NCBI RefSeq assembly: GCF_009914755.1
Contig: NC_060931.1
DNA from: the human T2T-CHM13v2.0 reference genome, Homo sapiens
Strand: one strand, 5' to 3'
Length of the DNA stretch: 64,000 bases
Of the stretch, positions 41,286 to 57,559 are shown piece by piece (the first letter of the stretch is position 1; every line of letters starts with the position of its first letter). The notes under the pieces are model-generated. The model did not search any database. It was not told the DNA's origin and saw nothing but the letters and a program-made list of their open reading frames with translations. Made by a program: the position numbers and the translations under genes.

Positions 41286-41869
41286 GTCTGATAAACTAAT
41301 TGAGATGGTGTTACTGTGATTTAATATGTCATCCCACACTGTGAGCTACTTTTTAAGTTCCAGGGAGAAGATAAGATTTAAATCATAATTTAATTCTACC
41401 ATTTAATCGTAATGATAGAATTCAAGGACCCATGATAAGTAGGTGGGATAGAGACACTGAACAGGTGTGAATTCTACCCAAAATTCCCCAGATATCTACG
41501 TTGGTACCTGGGGGCTCTGCCAGCCACAGTCAAGTGCAGCTCTGCAGAGAAGCCCTGCATGAGGCCTCTTGACCCCTGGTGTGGCACCATCTGAAGGTGT
41601 GGTGGCCTTACATGAAATGCTTTAGCACTTTAGTACTGAAATCCCCTTGCTGCAGGCCCAAGGCTTCAGTAGTTCAAAAAAAAAAAAAAAAAAAAAAACA
41701 CAAACAAAAAAAACAGGTTAATGGATTCCAGTATAGTTTTGATCCAAACACATAGGTGTATAAACTAAACTTTTTGCCTTCAATACATAGAGGCAAAGGA
41801 ATGTGTTAAAATGAAAATTTCCTTTGCCTTTTTTCTCTGTTCATATAAGTAATACATCAAAATTGGGTT

Positions 41870-42375
41870 CACACTAAATATACAGTTTATATCATGCTTT
41901 TAAAAATGTTATGAGTATTTTTTCCTATCAAGTATCTTTTGAAAACATTTTAATAATTATCTAATTTATCTTATGGGGTTTCACTTAAAAATTTAACTAT
42001 TTCCTCATTTCTATTTCTGGATATTTGAATTTTCTCTGCTAGAAATAGTCCTTTGATTATAAAAATTAGAAAGACAAAAAAATCTGAAACTAATTACATC
42101 TTTACTTAGTTCCTTAGGATAGATTTTCAGAATTAGGATTAACAGGTCAAAGGGAATAAACATTATAACGCTTCCAAATTTCTTAAAATTTATACTAAAT
42201 TGTATTTATTTCTATAATACAGGAGGATGTTCATCTCACAGCATTTTCAGAAATATTTAACATTATCATTTTAAGCAAGATTTTGCCAATTTTTGTTTGC
42301 ATTTCTTACATTATAGGTAATGTTGAAAGTTGTCTTAAATATTTTTTGGCCGCTTGATTTTATTCTTTGATAAAT
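41870..42375 (-). mobile_element. Very old L1M fragment
   Basis: tccttaggatagattttcagaattaggattaacaggtcaaaggg...tttgcatttctt; AT-rich and antisense L1ME-like. Confidence 0.55.
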
Positions 42376-43282
42376 TTCTTTACTTTAAGGTGAAGGTGAT
42401 TTTTCTTCTTTGTGGTCAGTACCAGAATCCAGGGAACTAGTAATAGAGCAAATTGTCCTTCCTCTGCTGCATTTTGAAAATTCTTACTAATTAACCAGCT
42501 TCACCACCTTACTTTACTAATTATACTTTCATTCTCTAAGACTAAATGCATGATTTAAAATACACTTAATCGTTTTGGTTTTTTTTGTTTTTTTGTGTGT
42601 GGATTTTTTGTTTGTTTGGTATTACTTTTTTTGCTTGGAAGCAGTGTTTAGAGGTTTGTTTTTATTCTAAGCTTAAGCTTTCTGATTTTTATAGTTATAC
42701 AACTTATGTGATACAAAAATATTGGCTTCTCCAGGATTATTACTCTGGCTCTTTCACATTTTCTGTGTTTATCTAACCAAGACTTTGATTATTTAAATAT
42801 ATGCCTAAGTATCTGAAATAAATCAGAGATGTGTTTGTGTCATTCACAATGTTCTGAGGTAGGATTACAGGGATCCTGCTCTTATCCCATTTATGACAAA
42901 TCAATCTCTGGCCATTTTTATTTCCTCAGTCACTATGTACGTATATAGATTTATGTTAGTTAAACTTTATCATTATCATTGGGTGGGTAAGTGTTGCTGA
43001 CTCCATTCTCAAGCAAGAAAGTTAAACAGAAAATATAAGGAGTGTAAGTGTTATTAATGGAGTATTCTTTTAAAGTTGAGTGAGTCCTCTGTTAACCAGG
43101 TTGTAACCTCCTTACTAGTGTCTAGGCTCCCTGAGGGGGAGGGATCTGAACACCTGGCATATAGTTGCTAGAAAATATCTACTTATCAAATGAATAAATA
43201 TGAATAATTCATTATATAATAGTATTAAACATTCACTGAGTGGTAATCATGGGCCATATTACTGTGTGCTTCCTCTCTCTCT

Positions 43283-44029
<747 letters not shown>

Positions 44030-44954
44030 TGAACTGACGTACAGGGGACAGTGCCCAGGATCATTTAGCCAGCAAGTGGCCAACAAGGATTTGAACCCAG
44101 CTCTGGTTTCAAATCTCACATTCTTAGTAACCCTAGAGGACTAGCTGACCCTTCCATGCTGTCTTTGCTTTGGTTACCTTAAAGCAACGTGGTGACTGGA
44201 TTTCAGGAGGTGTGGACGCATGGAAGCAGTGACAATTAGCCAGCAAATATTTATTATCCATGTCAGCTATGTACTTAGGCTCTCTCTCTCTCTCTTTTTT
44301 TTTTTTTTTTAACAGTAGGCCCCTGATGTTCCTCTGTGGGTTTTTCCTGGCCATGTAATGAATCCCTAGAACCGTGCATGGAGCACATCATTTCCCTGAA
44401 CCCAGGGCAACAAGTGGGGAACACAACCACACTGTAATCCTGACCCCAGATGGAGGGCCAGGCTGATCATCCTGTTCCCACCCAGACCTGTGGAGCAAAT
44501 GCAGCTCAAATCTATACCCCAGTGGAAGCTCAAATCACTATAGGTCATGGAATTTGGGGGTTATTTTTTAATATTTGAAATCTTGAATGTTAAATTGGAA
44601 AATACCAAGTCTCTGTATCATTAACAATAATGTTAATAATGACCACTAGCTCATATTTTAAGAACTAGGAAATGTTTTCATACCTTTCACATAGACAGTA
44701 GGCTACCTTTTCAGGAAAACCACAGCTCTCAGTTGGAATTAAGAATAAAATTTTTTGCTGTTGTTGTTCTTTTTAAGAAGCAAGGTGAGGCATTGATTGA
44801 AAACAAAAACAAGGAATCAGACTGCCTAGCTTCAGATCTAGCTGCACCTCCTGGTTTCTTCCCCCCTCTGTTCCTCATTTCCCCATTGACAAAATGGGGA
44901 TAATTTTTAAAGATTAAATGAGGTAACAGAGAAATCATTTAGCACATAGTAATT

Positions 44955-44991
<37 letters not shown>

Positions 44992-45010
44992 ATATATGTA
45001 TATATATACG

Positions 45011-45038
<28 letters not shown>
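44955..45038. repeat. Compound microsatellite (CT)n(GT)n(TA)n
   Basis: Visible directly. Confidence 0.92.
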
Positions 45039-45042
<4 letters not shown>

Positions 45043-46329
45043 TTTTTAACTCCTGTTTCAAAGGATACTTCTGTTTCTTTTACTGGTTTAATTCATATGG
45101 TTTAAAACATACTTGTTCAAGGTGCATAGTCTCAGGAAGGAGAAAACTGAGACTAAGAGAGATTAAGTAACTTACTTTAGATCATTCAGCAAAGATATGG
45201 TAAAAATCAGTTCTAGCATTCAACTCCTAGCTTTGATTAATGGACTTAGTTACCATGTCCTTTGTAGAGACTTGGATAGAAAAACTCATGGGAGTTATAC
45301 AGCTGTTACATTGAATTCACCAATTAATTAATTGAAATATGAAAAAGTAAATATGACTTTTAAGATTTTTTACAAATAGTTCAAAATTTATTTTAGAAAA
45401 CAGAGCTCAGTGCAGTATATTTTCAAATTGTAAACACATGTTATTGTTTTATGGTTTGTTAGTTCACAAGCTTATAAGTACAAAAACACTTTATAACATT
45501 AAACCTGTTAATGTTAAAATATTAGGGCTAAAATTGCACAGAAGACTAAATTCTCACCAAGAAATATATATTAAATTCCACCACCTAAAATAGATTTTTA
45601 CTATGTCTGTGCAAATTACTTTGAATTATCCAAATATTTGGAATACGTCTAGCCCTGAGACTTAATTATCTAGGTACCCTAAAATGACATGAATCATGCC
45701 ATGCCAACTTTTGGCATTATTTTTTCCTAAACACCTAGGATCATTTTTGGTTTGCATAAGAGTTTCCCTTATGCTTTGCAAGTGTACTTGGAATAAAGCT
45801 AGCAAAGGAGCAAGAACTCCCCAGGCCCTTGGATGGATGTGGTTCGGTCTCGAGGACATGGTTCAGTAGGCTCTTTGCCAACACACCCTCTGGAACAACC
45901 GTACCCATGATAACAGAGTGTAAAAAACCTGATTATTTTCAAATCTGATGAATGAGTTCAGCTGTTCGGTAGACCAGTATGGGGTATGTGAGAACATGGG
46001 ATCACAGCAAAAAGCATGTTTATCTCACTCCGTCATTGCAGTGAACTTTATCTCCTGGGAATTTTCTTAAAGGGCAAGTCTGGACAAAGTCATGGCTTAA
46101 TGACCAGAGAGTCTACAAGCGAGTTGTTCCTGTGTTCCAGTGAAGCAGAAGGCAGGGCCTGAGCTTGTGAGGAAAGATGAGCTAAAGAACTGCGTATGCT
46201 CCTTAGACAAAGATAATTTGTCACATCACCACCATTCATCTCTTAGTTCCCAGCTCACTGTTCCAACAAGTCTGTTTTGTAGATTTCTTATATATTAAAA
46301 AATGTCTCTAGCCGTCCACTGAGCAATCA

Positions 46330-46610
46330 GTTCATTCATTCATCCTTTTCCTCCCGAAATATTTATTGAGCACTTTTAAAATACCAGTATTACACCTGGT
46401 TCTCAGAGATACAATGATAAATAAGCTATAACTTAAGACTCAAGAACTTACAGTCCAATAAGAAAATCAGGTAAATAAATAGAAAACTAAGTATGTTGTG
46501 ATAAATATTATGATAAAGTCAAGCACAAGGTAAGCTCCTAATCTACCTTCATACTGATGGCTGGGAGGTGTCTAGAGTGGTTCTTCAGCAAGACTTCTCA
46601 GAAGAGTCAA
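46330..46610 (-). mobile_element. L2 3' fragment
   Basis: ttcattcattcatcc...aaatatttattgagcac...ctcaagaacttacagtccaat. Confidence 0.7.
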
Positions 46611-46614
46611 GGTC

Positions 46615-46816
46615 CTGTGCTCTTCAATACAGTAGCCTAGTGGCTACCTGTGGCTAGGTTAAGTTTTAAATACATGAAGATAAAATAAAATTTAAAAATC
46701 AGTTATGAGTTCCACTATCCACATTTCAAGCGCTCAATAACTACATGAGGTCAGAGGCTAGCATATGGGCCCACATAGATAAGGAACATTTCCATCGTGT
46801 CTGTTCAGTAGCGCTG
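46615..46816. mobile_element. MER3-like hAT-Charlie MITE
   Basis: ctgtgctcttcaatacagtagcc...tgtggcta...ccacatttcaagcgctcaataactacatg...gaacatttccatc. Confidence 0.65.
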
Positions 46817-49239
46817 GTCTCAGCAGATCTGAAAGGTGAGAGGGGAGGGGTTTTGGAGGGAGAATACAAAGAGTGAGCTGAAACCTGGAGATACTGGGGA
46901 AAAACAGCACTAAATAACTGTTTTAAAATAACAAGTTATTTTTAAAAACATATGTATTTATTCAAGAAGCATTTATTATTTGTGCTAACAAGCTGCGGGT
47001 TTTGCAAAGATGCTTAAACACAGTCTCAGCCTCTAAAGAACTTACATTTTTATGGGCAAGGTAGGGGTCATAAAATATTACCAGAAAAGCATATTCGAGT
47101 TTAGAGGACAGACTGGTTAGTTCAAGTGTGAAGCAGTGAGTGGGAAAAGGAGAATTTGGAGGGAGGCTCAGGCTAGGCTTCATTCTTCCTGAAGTTGTTG
47201 TTTATGACTTGGGTCTTGATGAGCTGTAAGGATTCAGACAGGGCAGTGGCATTAAATTCCTTACCTTGGTTAAAAAAAGAAACATTCAAGTTTCACAGAG
47301 TTCTTACAGCTTTAGGGTCCAGCAAGCAACTGGGAAGCTGAGGCTCTCCCCACTGGCATATTCATTAATGTCTTTCTACTGGGACTGCCCCTTATACAAT
47401 AGAGATCTCATTCGGCCGTGCCAACTTACACGGAATAGTCTCCCTTCTAAATGGTGTTCCGTGGATTAGTTTAGGGAAGCCTGAGCCAGATCTTGTTTGC
47501 ATTAGGTGGCTGAAAAAAGGAATGGGGGTGGGGGTTTAAGGATTATGCAAATCACTGGCTGATATGTAGGTTGGAAACTGGAGACATGTGAAAGCAGCTT
47601 TTATGCACCAATAGGTAAGGGAACTAGGAAACATTTCTAGGTGAACTATGGGGTAGCTAACTTAGGCAGATCGAATGAAATTGTCAGGAAACAACTAGAT
47701 AAATTTATGAATTTTGTTCTCTGAATTGTATAATTCAGGTCTTATGAAACTCATCCCTGGCCATTTATTCCCTGATTTCTTGGGAGCAGAATCTGTTCCA
47801 TGACCACTTTCCCTTTCTGTTTGGTATTTTTCCTCTGCTGGGAGTGTCTGCGAAGTGCAGGTGAGGTCTTGCTTATCACAAAAGCCACTTGGTCCTCCAT
47901 TTCTAGGGGTACGATGTTCTCTGTTGTTTGGGAAACACCAGTCTCAGAAATCCTTTTGAAGGAATTCTCCCAGTCACCCAGGAAGAGAAACATTCAAGAG
48001 AATGACAGAAAAGGATCGTCTTAGCAAAAAAAATTATAGCCTGTGCTGAGAGGAAAGTTGAGATCAGGTCTTTAGAAACTGTGTAACATGATGATGAGTG
48101 AAAAAAAGGAAAAAACAGTTTTCCAGATCCCTCTTTAAAATCTCCTCTGAAATGGGGTAACCAAGGCTTGCGTCTTCGTTCTTTTCCGGTAGAAAAATCC
48201 TTCTGTTAAACTCATGTAACCCTTTGAAAAATAAAAAGGTGATTAGAAAGATGGTATGAATTATTTGAAAGAAAAAGGAAATTTTATTTTTTTCATTGTT
48301 ACTTGATATGTGACTTTAAAATTTTAATTAAATGTAGTTGGATATTTACTCAGGCAAAAAAATATCAAAAGGACATATTCTACCTGGATAATATGTTTTT
48401 AGTTTCTCAGGACCAATAATACATTATGAACGTATTACCTGGCCATGCAGGGATTTTTTTTTTTTTTCAACCTTGTTAAATTAACTGATTTCTACTTGAC
48501 TAAAGGTTGTTGAGTTACCAAAAATGTTGTGGAATTGAGCACAGTTCAGGAGGTTTTACAATGCTTCCCCTGGAATTCCAAGGTAGATCTTCCACAAACA
48601 CTTCCATTAAAAACAGGCCTCCGTGCGCACTCATGGGTGGTGTTCCCAAAGTGTGTTTAAAAGTCAGTCATTCAGAACTCAAAACACAGTTTTCCTCACA
48701 AGAAATGTCAGAGATGGTTACTTTCCCAGGGCTGCCCACAAAAGCCTTTTATTCCATAACGTATCTGAAAGAGCCTCCCTCCATCTGTTGAGGGAAGAAT
48801 GAAATAGTACTGGACAGAAATCCACCCCAGCCACCCCCACCCTGCCATCCCTGAGGACAACACTTTTTATTTGCTGAGGCAGCCACCTGGACTTCAGGGA
48901 GAAAGAAAGGAAACACATCTCTCTCTGAGTGGATTCTATCTCTGAAGCCATCCCTGGAAGAGTCCTTTGTAGAGTGAATGTTTATCAGCCGAGATGTGTT
49001 TCTTTCCTTTGAGATAGCTCCATACCAACAATTAAGTACGTTTTGAACTTTCTCTTCTTTTATTACCATGATCTTCGTCATGACTGTTCTGCACCATTAC
49101 TGGATTTCGAAACCAGAGGAATGATGATCGTATGACAATCAAAATTAATATCCCTTGGATTCATTGTTTAGCAAGGGCACGGATCTCCCACCAGCCAAGA
49201 TATATCCATTTCATAGCCCTTAAACATAGCCATAATGTA

Positions 49240-49566
<327 letters not shown>

Positions 49567-49737
49567 TTAACATATTATGACTTTTTGATGTCTGAGTAAT
49601 TGATTCTTATTACCATTGAAACCAGAGATGGGAGTGATGGAAATGACCTACAGAAGGATTAAATCTACCCACTGCAAGGGCTGAACTAATTGAAGCAATT
49701 CTATGTGCTTACTTCATATTAGAAAATGAGCAAACCC

Positions 49738-50140
<403 letters not shown>

Positions 50141-50242
50141 TTAAAACATAAGTTACTCACTAATCCTCATTCACCTCTCAGGATATACTTGGGAAATTTT
50201 CAAGTAGTATCACACACTGTTGCTTTTTCTTATTTTGCTTTT

Positions 50243-50535
<293 letters not shown>

Positions 50536-50606
50536 TTATTTTGCTTTTACTAATCGAGTGTTGAGACTTGGATGACAGTGTAGGCCCTAAGGTGCTATAT
50601 AGCTCA

Positions 50607-51014
<408 letters not shown>

Positions 51015-51288
51015 TTAGGAAACTGTTTGTTTCTGTATTGGTTTGTTAGCGATATCCCAACAACATACCGCAGACTGAGTAGCTTAAACCACAGAAATTC
51101 ATTTCTCCAGTCTCAAAATTCTGGAGGGTGGAAGTCCAAGATCAAGGTGTCAGTGGGGTGATTCCTCCAGAGGGCTGTGCGGGGAAGAATCTGTTTCAGG
51201 CCTCTCTCCTTGGCTTGTAGATGGCCAACTTCCCCCTGTGTCCTTCCCCGGTCTTTCTTCTCTGCTGTGTCTGTGTCCTAATCTCCTT

Positions 51289-51293
<5 letters not shown>

Positions 51294-51319
<26 letters not shown>

Positions 51320-51707
51320 TTATACTCTAAGTTTTAGGGTACATGTGCACATTGTGCAGGTTAGTTACATATGTATACATGTGCCATGCTGGTGCGCTGC
51401 ACCCACTAATGTGTCATCTAGCATTAGGTATATCTCCCAATGCTATCCCTCCCCCCTCCCCCGACCCCACCACAGTCCCCAGAGTGTGATATTCCCCTTC
51501 CTGTGTCCATGTGATCTCATTGTTCAATTCCCACCTATGAGTGAGAATATGCGGTGTTTGGTTTTTTGTTCTTGCGATAGTTTACTGAGAATGATGGTTT
51601 CCAATTTCATCCATGTCCCTACAAAGGATATGAACTCATCATTTTTTATGGCTGCATAGTATTCCATGGTGTATATGTGCCACATTTTCTTAATCCAGTC
51701 TATCATT
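51294..51707 (-). mobile_element. L1HS Ta subfamily, 5'-truncated (~390 bp plus A tail), 18-bp TSD
   Basis: ORF2 C-terminus ...QEQKTKHRIFSLIGGN. The 3'UTR has the Ta diagnostics GATGAC-ACA-TTAG (51412-51410) and CTTAGAGTATAAT (G at 51327). Pure 27-nt T run. TSD tcctaatctccttttctt at 51276-51293 and 51712-51729. Confidence 0.95.
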
Positions 51708-51771
51708 TGATTCCTAATCTCCTTTTCTTATGAGGACACCAGTCATATTAGATTAGGGCCCATCCATATGA

Positions 51772-52119
<348 letters not shown>

Positions 52120-53854
52120 TAAATGTCCTGTCTCCAAATACAGTCACATACTGAGGTCCCGGAGTTAGGATTTCAACATATGAATTTGAGGTGGGACATG
52201 GGAGGAACAAAATTCAGCCCATAGCAGTTTCCTAAACTGAAGATTGCTTAAATATTAAAATCTTAAACAAAATCCTAACCAGGATGCAATGATTTGCCTT
52301 TGCAAAATCAAATCTCGAATTCCAGTGGGAGTTCTCTAAGGATCTGTAAAGCCTAACTGTGTTGGGCTGGTCTTTCTCAGGAAGAGACCTCCCTTGAGAA
52401 TATTGTAGCTTGCAGACTGGTTCATTTATGAAGCTGAAAGCAGGCAAGAGAGGTGCCCAGGGTACAAATATAGGAAAGAGCTTGCTCTTGGCTGTCTGCA
52501 TGCTGACCGTGTACTGTGCATTTGCACAATTCTGAGAGTGAATATCTCTTTAAATCTTGTGCCCTGAACATCTCTCTTGCTCCACGCTGGTCCTTGCACT
52601 TCTGTAGAGGAAGGCAAACAGTATTCATAAGTTGTAGTCGCTCTTTCAATGATGTTTTGGCAAACATCTAGTATTCAAGTGTTCTCAGAAGTTGATTGAA
52701 AGTGTGATTGTTAACACAGGCTGGGGGAAGGAATACGAAGGTGTCCTAAGTCATTTCCTTGTTAATAGTGACAGCCACTGAACCAGGAATAGATTTTGAG
52801 GTCCTTGTGCTGTATCTCTACATTTGTAACCCAATGTCATGCTTGCTTTTATTTGGCTGCATTCTTAGCCTTGATGCTAGATGATGACCTAGAGGACAGC
52901 CCAGGATTTGGGAAGGGATTCCATGCCTTGATTTGTGAATCCATAGCCAGGCTCAGAATATGCTGAGGTCTTTGGCACTGTGTCAGTGATATGATCCTCT
53001 CAGAAGTGTCCAGCTCTATTCTGAGAACGGAGCAGGCGCAGATGCACCTCATCTCTGCCAGTGGCTGTGGCTGTGAACTTTAGAAACCCATTCTGCTATT
53101 ACAGAGCAGAACCCCAAGAGCTAGAGCAGATGATCCACACCTCTGGAGCATGCTGCTGTTCTAGCAACAGGCCGGAGCTGTCTAGACAGGAGAGAGCTTT
53201 CCTTCTTACCCCTGGCAGTCCTTGATCTGACCATGGAGGCAATGCTGTTTTCTTTCCAGAAGTGGCGTGGTTAGTGAGGCAGTGAATGTTGCTGTCTTTT
53301 AAGAGACCAGCTAGGACACCTAAGTCCCAGGCTTTCAGGATGAACATTTTAGTGCTCTGGCTCCCTGCTTTTGCCTAAGAACACGCACTTCCTCCAAGAA
53401 CCTGCTCAAGCCCTCCTGGAGGAAGTCCAGATCAATGCTTCTACTCACTGTCCTCAGCTCAGTGCCTTGACATGAATTTGCAGAGCCTGATGAAATATTT
53501 TCTCATTCTGAGGGGAAAATCAAAGCCACCTCTCCCCTTCCATCTGACTATTCAAAATGTACCAGAATTTCCTTTAGAAGTTGATCTCTAAGGAGGTACA
53601 AAGCTACTTTTGCAATGAGCCCCCTTTTTAGTATTACGTGAAAGTTCCACCATTAATATTAGCAAAAATGAATTCTCTAGGGACATGGAGAGAAAGAAAT
53701 TTTGGTTATAAGGTCAGTCTGCCTGTAACTTTCTCATTCTCTCACTCTATGTAAAGCAACAAGAAAAGTTGTAAGTTCAACATGGCATTAGTCTGTAGAG
53801 GCTCGTTTCAATACCACAAAGGCTACTTCCAGCTAAATTTTAATAATCTAAGGC

Positions 53855-53998
53855 CTTGCTGCTCAAAGTGGGGTCCCTTGACCCACAGCACCACCGGGGA
53901 GCCCTTTAGGAATGCAGAATCCCTGGCCCCACCTCAGACCTGCTTTTTAATAAGATTCTCAGGTAGCTCGCAAGCACATTAAGCTGTGAGAAGCACTG
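53855..53998. mobile_element. MER5A/B-like hAT-Charlie MITE
   Basis: gctgctcaaagtggggtcc...aatgcagaatccctggccccacctcagacc...ttttaataagattctcaggtag...tgagaagcactg. Confidence 0.75.
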
Positions 53999-56900
53999 TT
54001 TTAGGAACTAATGAACCTTAAGAGATTCTGTCCAAAGACAGGAAGATTTGAATTATCTTCTCTACCCAGAAGCTGATAATTAACTTTAGCAGTTGTTAGA
54101 GGCGATGGTTTCTTCCTATCAAGTCCTTTTGCAGATGGTCCCTCTCTTATCCATTCTGTTTGAGACCCCTTCAGTTTGTAATGAAGCTTAATTGATTAGC
54201 TCTATTTGTGAAAAGCTCAGGCCCTAATAAGCACACTCCCACTGGGTACACAACTAAATAGTTTATGAGGTAATTCGTATTTTAATGTCTTTCCTAATGA
54301 GCCCTTTCAGTAATGAAATCCCCTGAGAAAACGTTATTGGTTCCCAGACGTTTCTTAGGCTCCTAGGGCAGGAAGGCTGATGAAGGTGGAAACATGAGGC
54401 TCTAGAGTAGAAAACAGTTTTCAGTTCAAAACAAGGCAGATTCTTTTCTTCCCCCTCAAGAAATATTTCAAATATGGCTTTTCATACCTTATTTTCTAAA
54501 TCCTTATCTTCTCAATCATTTAGAAAAACTAGAAACAAGACTTTTTTTTTTTTTCCTGAGGCTGTTGTGGAATTCCTTTCCTCTGCAGTAAATAAATAAT
54601 ATGAGGGTTGCCAGTGTGTATGATGTTATACAAACAAGAAAGACAGATGGAGAGGAAAAGATACAGGGAGACAGAAATGTGTGCACACACACTTGTGTGC
54701 AAATACACACACAGCACCTGCTTGGTGCCTCAATGTTCTTTGTAAGTCTGTATTTAAATCTTCTCAGCATCATCACTTCTGTAATAGTTGATAAATGTGT
54801 CAATCCCTCCTCATTAAGGGTGAAGCCAAAATGAGTCCCATAATGAGAAAGAAGCATTTAGAATAGCAAAGTGGCTGAGCAACAAGACAGTTATCTGTAG
54901 CACAGCAGAATTCGATCCAAAGGGAGTTACAGCAAATTCCCTTTAAGTGAGGAAGGAAGCTGTGTCACAGGGGTTTGCTGGCAGCTGTCTGGAACCTGCA
55001 GTGGTGAAGGGACTCACCTTTCTGCTCCGAAGCTGAGCAGAGAGTAGACACACTCATTCTTGAGCCCTAATTTGAAGCCAGACAGCAGGCAAAGAAGACC
55101 AGTCCCAGCGTGTTTTTTTTCCAGTCTCTCCCTCTGAGAAAGCTTCAGACACCAGGCTGGGTTGGCCAGCCTGACACAGTGCCTGTCCTGTAAGTGATGG
55201 CAAAGCGTATCCTGACCCTACTTTACCTAACACGAAGATCAAAGCCTCCCAGCATGTAATGGATGCTGAAAAACAGCCTTTGTTTACCAGTCTTGCCCTT
55301 TAACTTGTTAAGGGCGCCCCTCCCCTGAAGAAACACACTTTCTCAGCTGGATGCAGGAGAGGGAACAGAATTGTGGAAGATGTCCTTAACAGGCCCTTCT
55401 AGAATCACTGCTCACGGTGGTGTCTCCATTCCCATAGGAGGAAAGCCAGAACCACAGGCCAGGGTCAATGAACGTATTCCAGCTGGGCCTGTGGCCATGT
55501 GGCTGGCTGCAGATTTTGCTTTGTTACCTGATGGCTTTGGATAAGCAGGATAAAAAATAATGACTTAATAGACCATGAGTTTTAATAACATGTCTGCAGG
55601 TCACTGGGAACAGGGACAGCATAGAGCTCATGTGTAGTGTTTTGCTTTGTTTTCTTGACAAGCAAAATGAGTTGTCTTCATGGGTACTGTATGCAAATCT
55701 AAATCTCTACAAGCCAAATTTTGTGGTAAATTCTGTGATCTGTGGGTATGTCAGGATTTTATGAATGAGACAAGCACATATATGTGTAGGACTTCTTTGA
55801 AATCCCAGTTATCACTCTAGCTGTCACTATGAGGAAGAACAATGTGTGGGCAAGGAAAAGCTCTTTGCTCAAAGCCAGAGCCAGCAATCTTGAGGACAGA
55901 GACAGCATTCTAAGTGTGATCCTGCTAAAACTAGAGAGAATGTGTCCAAGCCAAGGACGACGAATTACTAGAGCTCAGTGGTATGAAAAAAGAAGAATCT
56001 CAGAGTTCTGGAGAAAATTCTTTAAATACCCAGGGCAGGCTTTGTGGAGGTACCTTCATCCTTGAGAAGAGAGACTTCAGTATCTGTGGAACAAGTGAAG
56101 CTAGAACTTGGCATCGGAGCATAGTGCTGAGCAAAGAAGCCTCTACTCAGATAGATTTGAGTTACCACGGCATGCCAGTGAGGAAAAGCAGCCTGCACAG
56201 GCCCCAGCGTGCAATGAGGATTTTAAGATGGTTTGTAGGTCTTGGCCCTCCAGACAGTGAGTTTGCAAGCCTCTGTGAGATTCTGCCTGGAAAGGAATAA
56301 ATGCAAGAGGGGAGGAAAATCTGAATGAAGTTTTTATTCTGGAGGGCTCTCCCAGTGTCGTAGCTGCTTTTGTGCAGGGACAGGGACAAAGAAAGCAACC
56401 AAAGAGTGGGTGGCTGGGATTTATGTATTTGATTGTCTCACTTAACAATCAATGAGGCTTTAATATTCTTGAAAGTTCAGGCTCCTACTAAAACTGCCTT
56501 GAGCCAACTGCAACTTGGATTTGTAAGCAGAATCCAAGCCTGACCTCCTAAGGTGTATGCTCCAACCCCTTATTCTCTGAGTGTTTCAGCATCTGTGAAA
56601 GCAGAGGCCTCAACCCAGAGTGGTAATTTCAGCAACTTTTCCAAACAACATTCTGGGCGAGACAAGTCAGCTCCTTCCCATTTACTTATGAGTTAATTAG
56701 TATTTAAATACAAGTCTCCAGGCCAGTGATTTATTTTAATAATATCTTAGCCCCTTGGCAGGCCCATGACTTCATGACTGCAGCAGTGGGGAAAGGGCAC
56801 ACCGCCCTGATGGATGTCTCAGTGCTGCATGTGGCTGATTTACAAGGCAGTCCTCTGATCTGAGTCACTCTTACTTCCTCTGCTGCAAACCCATTGAGTG

Positions 56901-57559
56901 GCACCCAGCGGTTGGAGCGTCTACTTGCTTAAAGTGACAGTTAAAAGAAGAGAGTGGGTTGAATACAAATAACGTGGATGAAATTATTATTGAACAAGAA
57001 ATCACTGGATACTTCAAATTGTGAAGCAGTTGTATATTGGCCAAATAGGATCAGTTTCCATATGTTCATTGTCTGTTGCATTTATTAAAACAAAAGGCTA
57101 TAGATGCTGGTTTTAAATCAGTCATCTGCATTTTATAGGTCTCATTACAACAATGTCCATAATGATGGAGTCAGCTGATTTTTTTCAAGACAATCTTTAA
57201 GGTTATTTTGTGTTTATTAGGTTGCTAGGGGTACCTAATACATCAGTACGAATAGAAGAAGTGTTTAATGCAGTTGCCAGATTTTTATGCAAGATAAATA
57301 GTTTTACATGTCTCAGAAGTAGAATCCAATTGGCCAAGAAGTTGGCCAAGAGCTGAAATTTGACATCATTCTTGGCAACTGATAGTTTTTTTTTTTAACG
57401 TGCATTATATAAAAAGCTCACTATATCTTTTCTAGATATAATATTAGACTGCAAATATAACTTTTAACAATAAATCAATATATGTAAATGATAAAGTATG
57501 TTTCCTAACTGTTGGTCACAGCAATAGACAACATTTCAAATGGAAATATGCATTTTTTC

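Noticed and set aside
51524-51706. 60-aa ORF matching the L1 ORF2p C-terminus
   Set aside because: Remnant of a 5'-truncated L1 with no promoter or ORF1; not an autonomous element or a gene.
57037-57352. Three TTGGCCAA palindromes as NFI sites
   Set aside because: The spacing does not fit TTGGC-N5-GCCAA, and two copies are a simple local tandem duplication.
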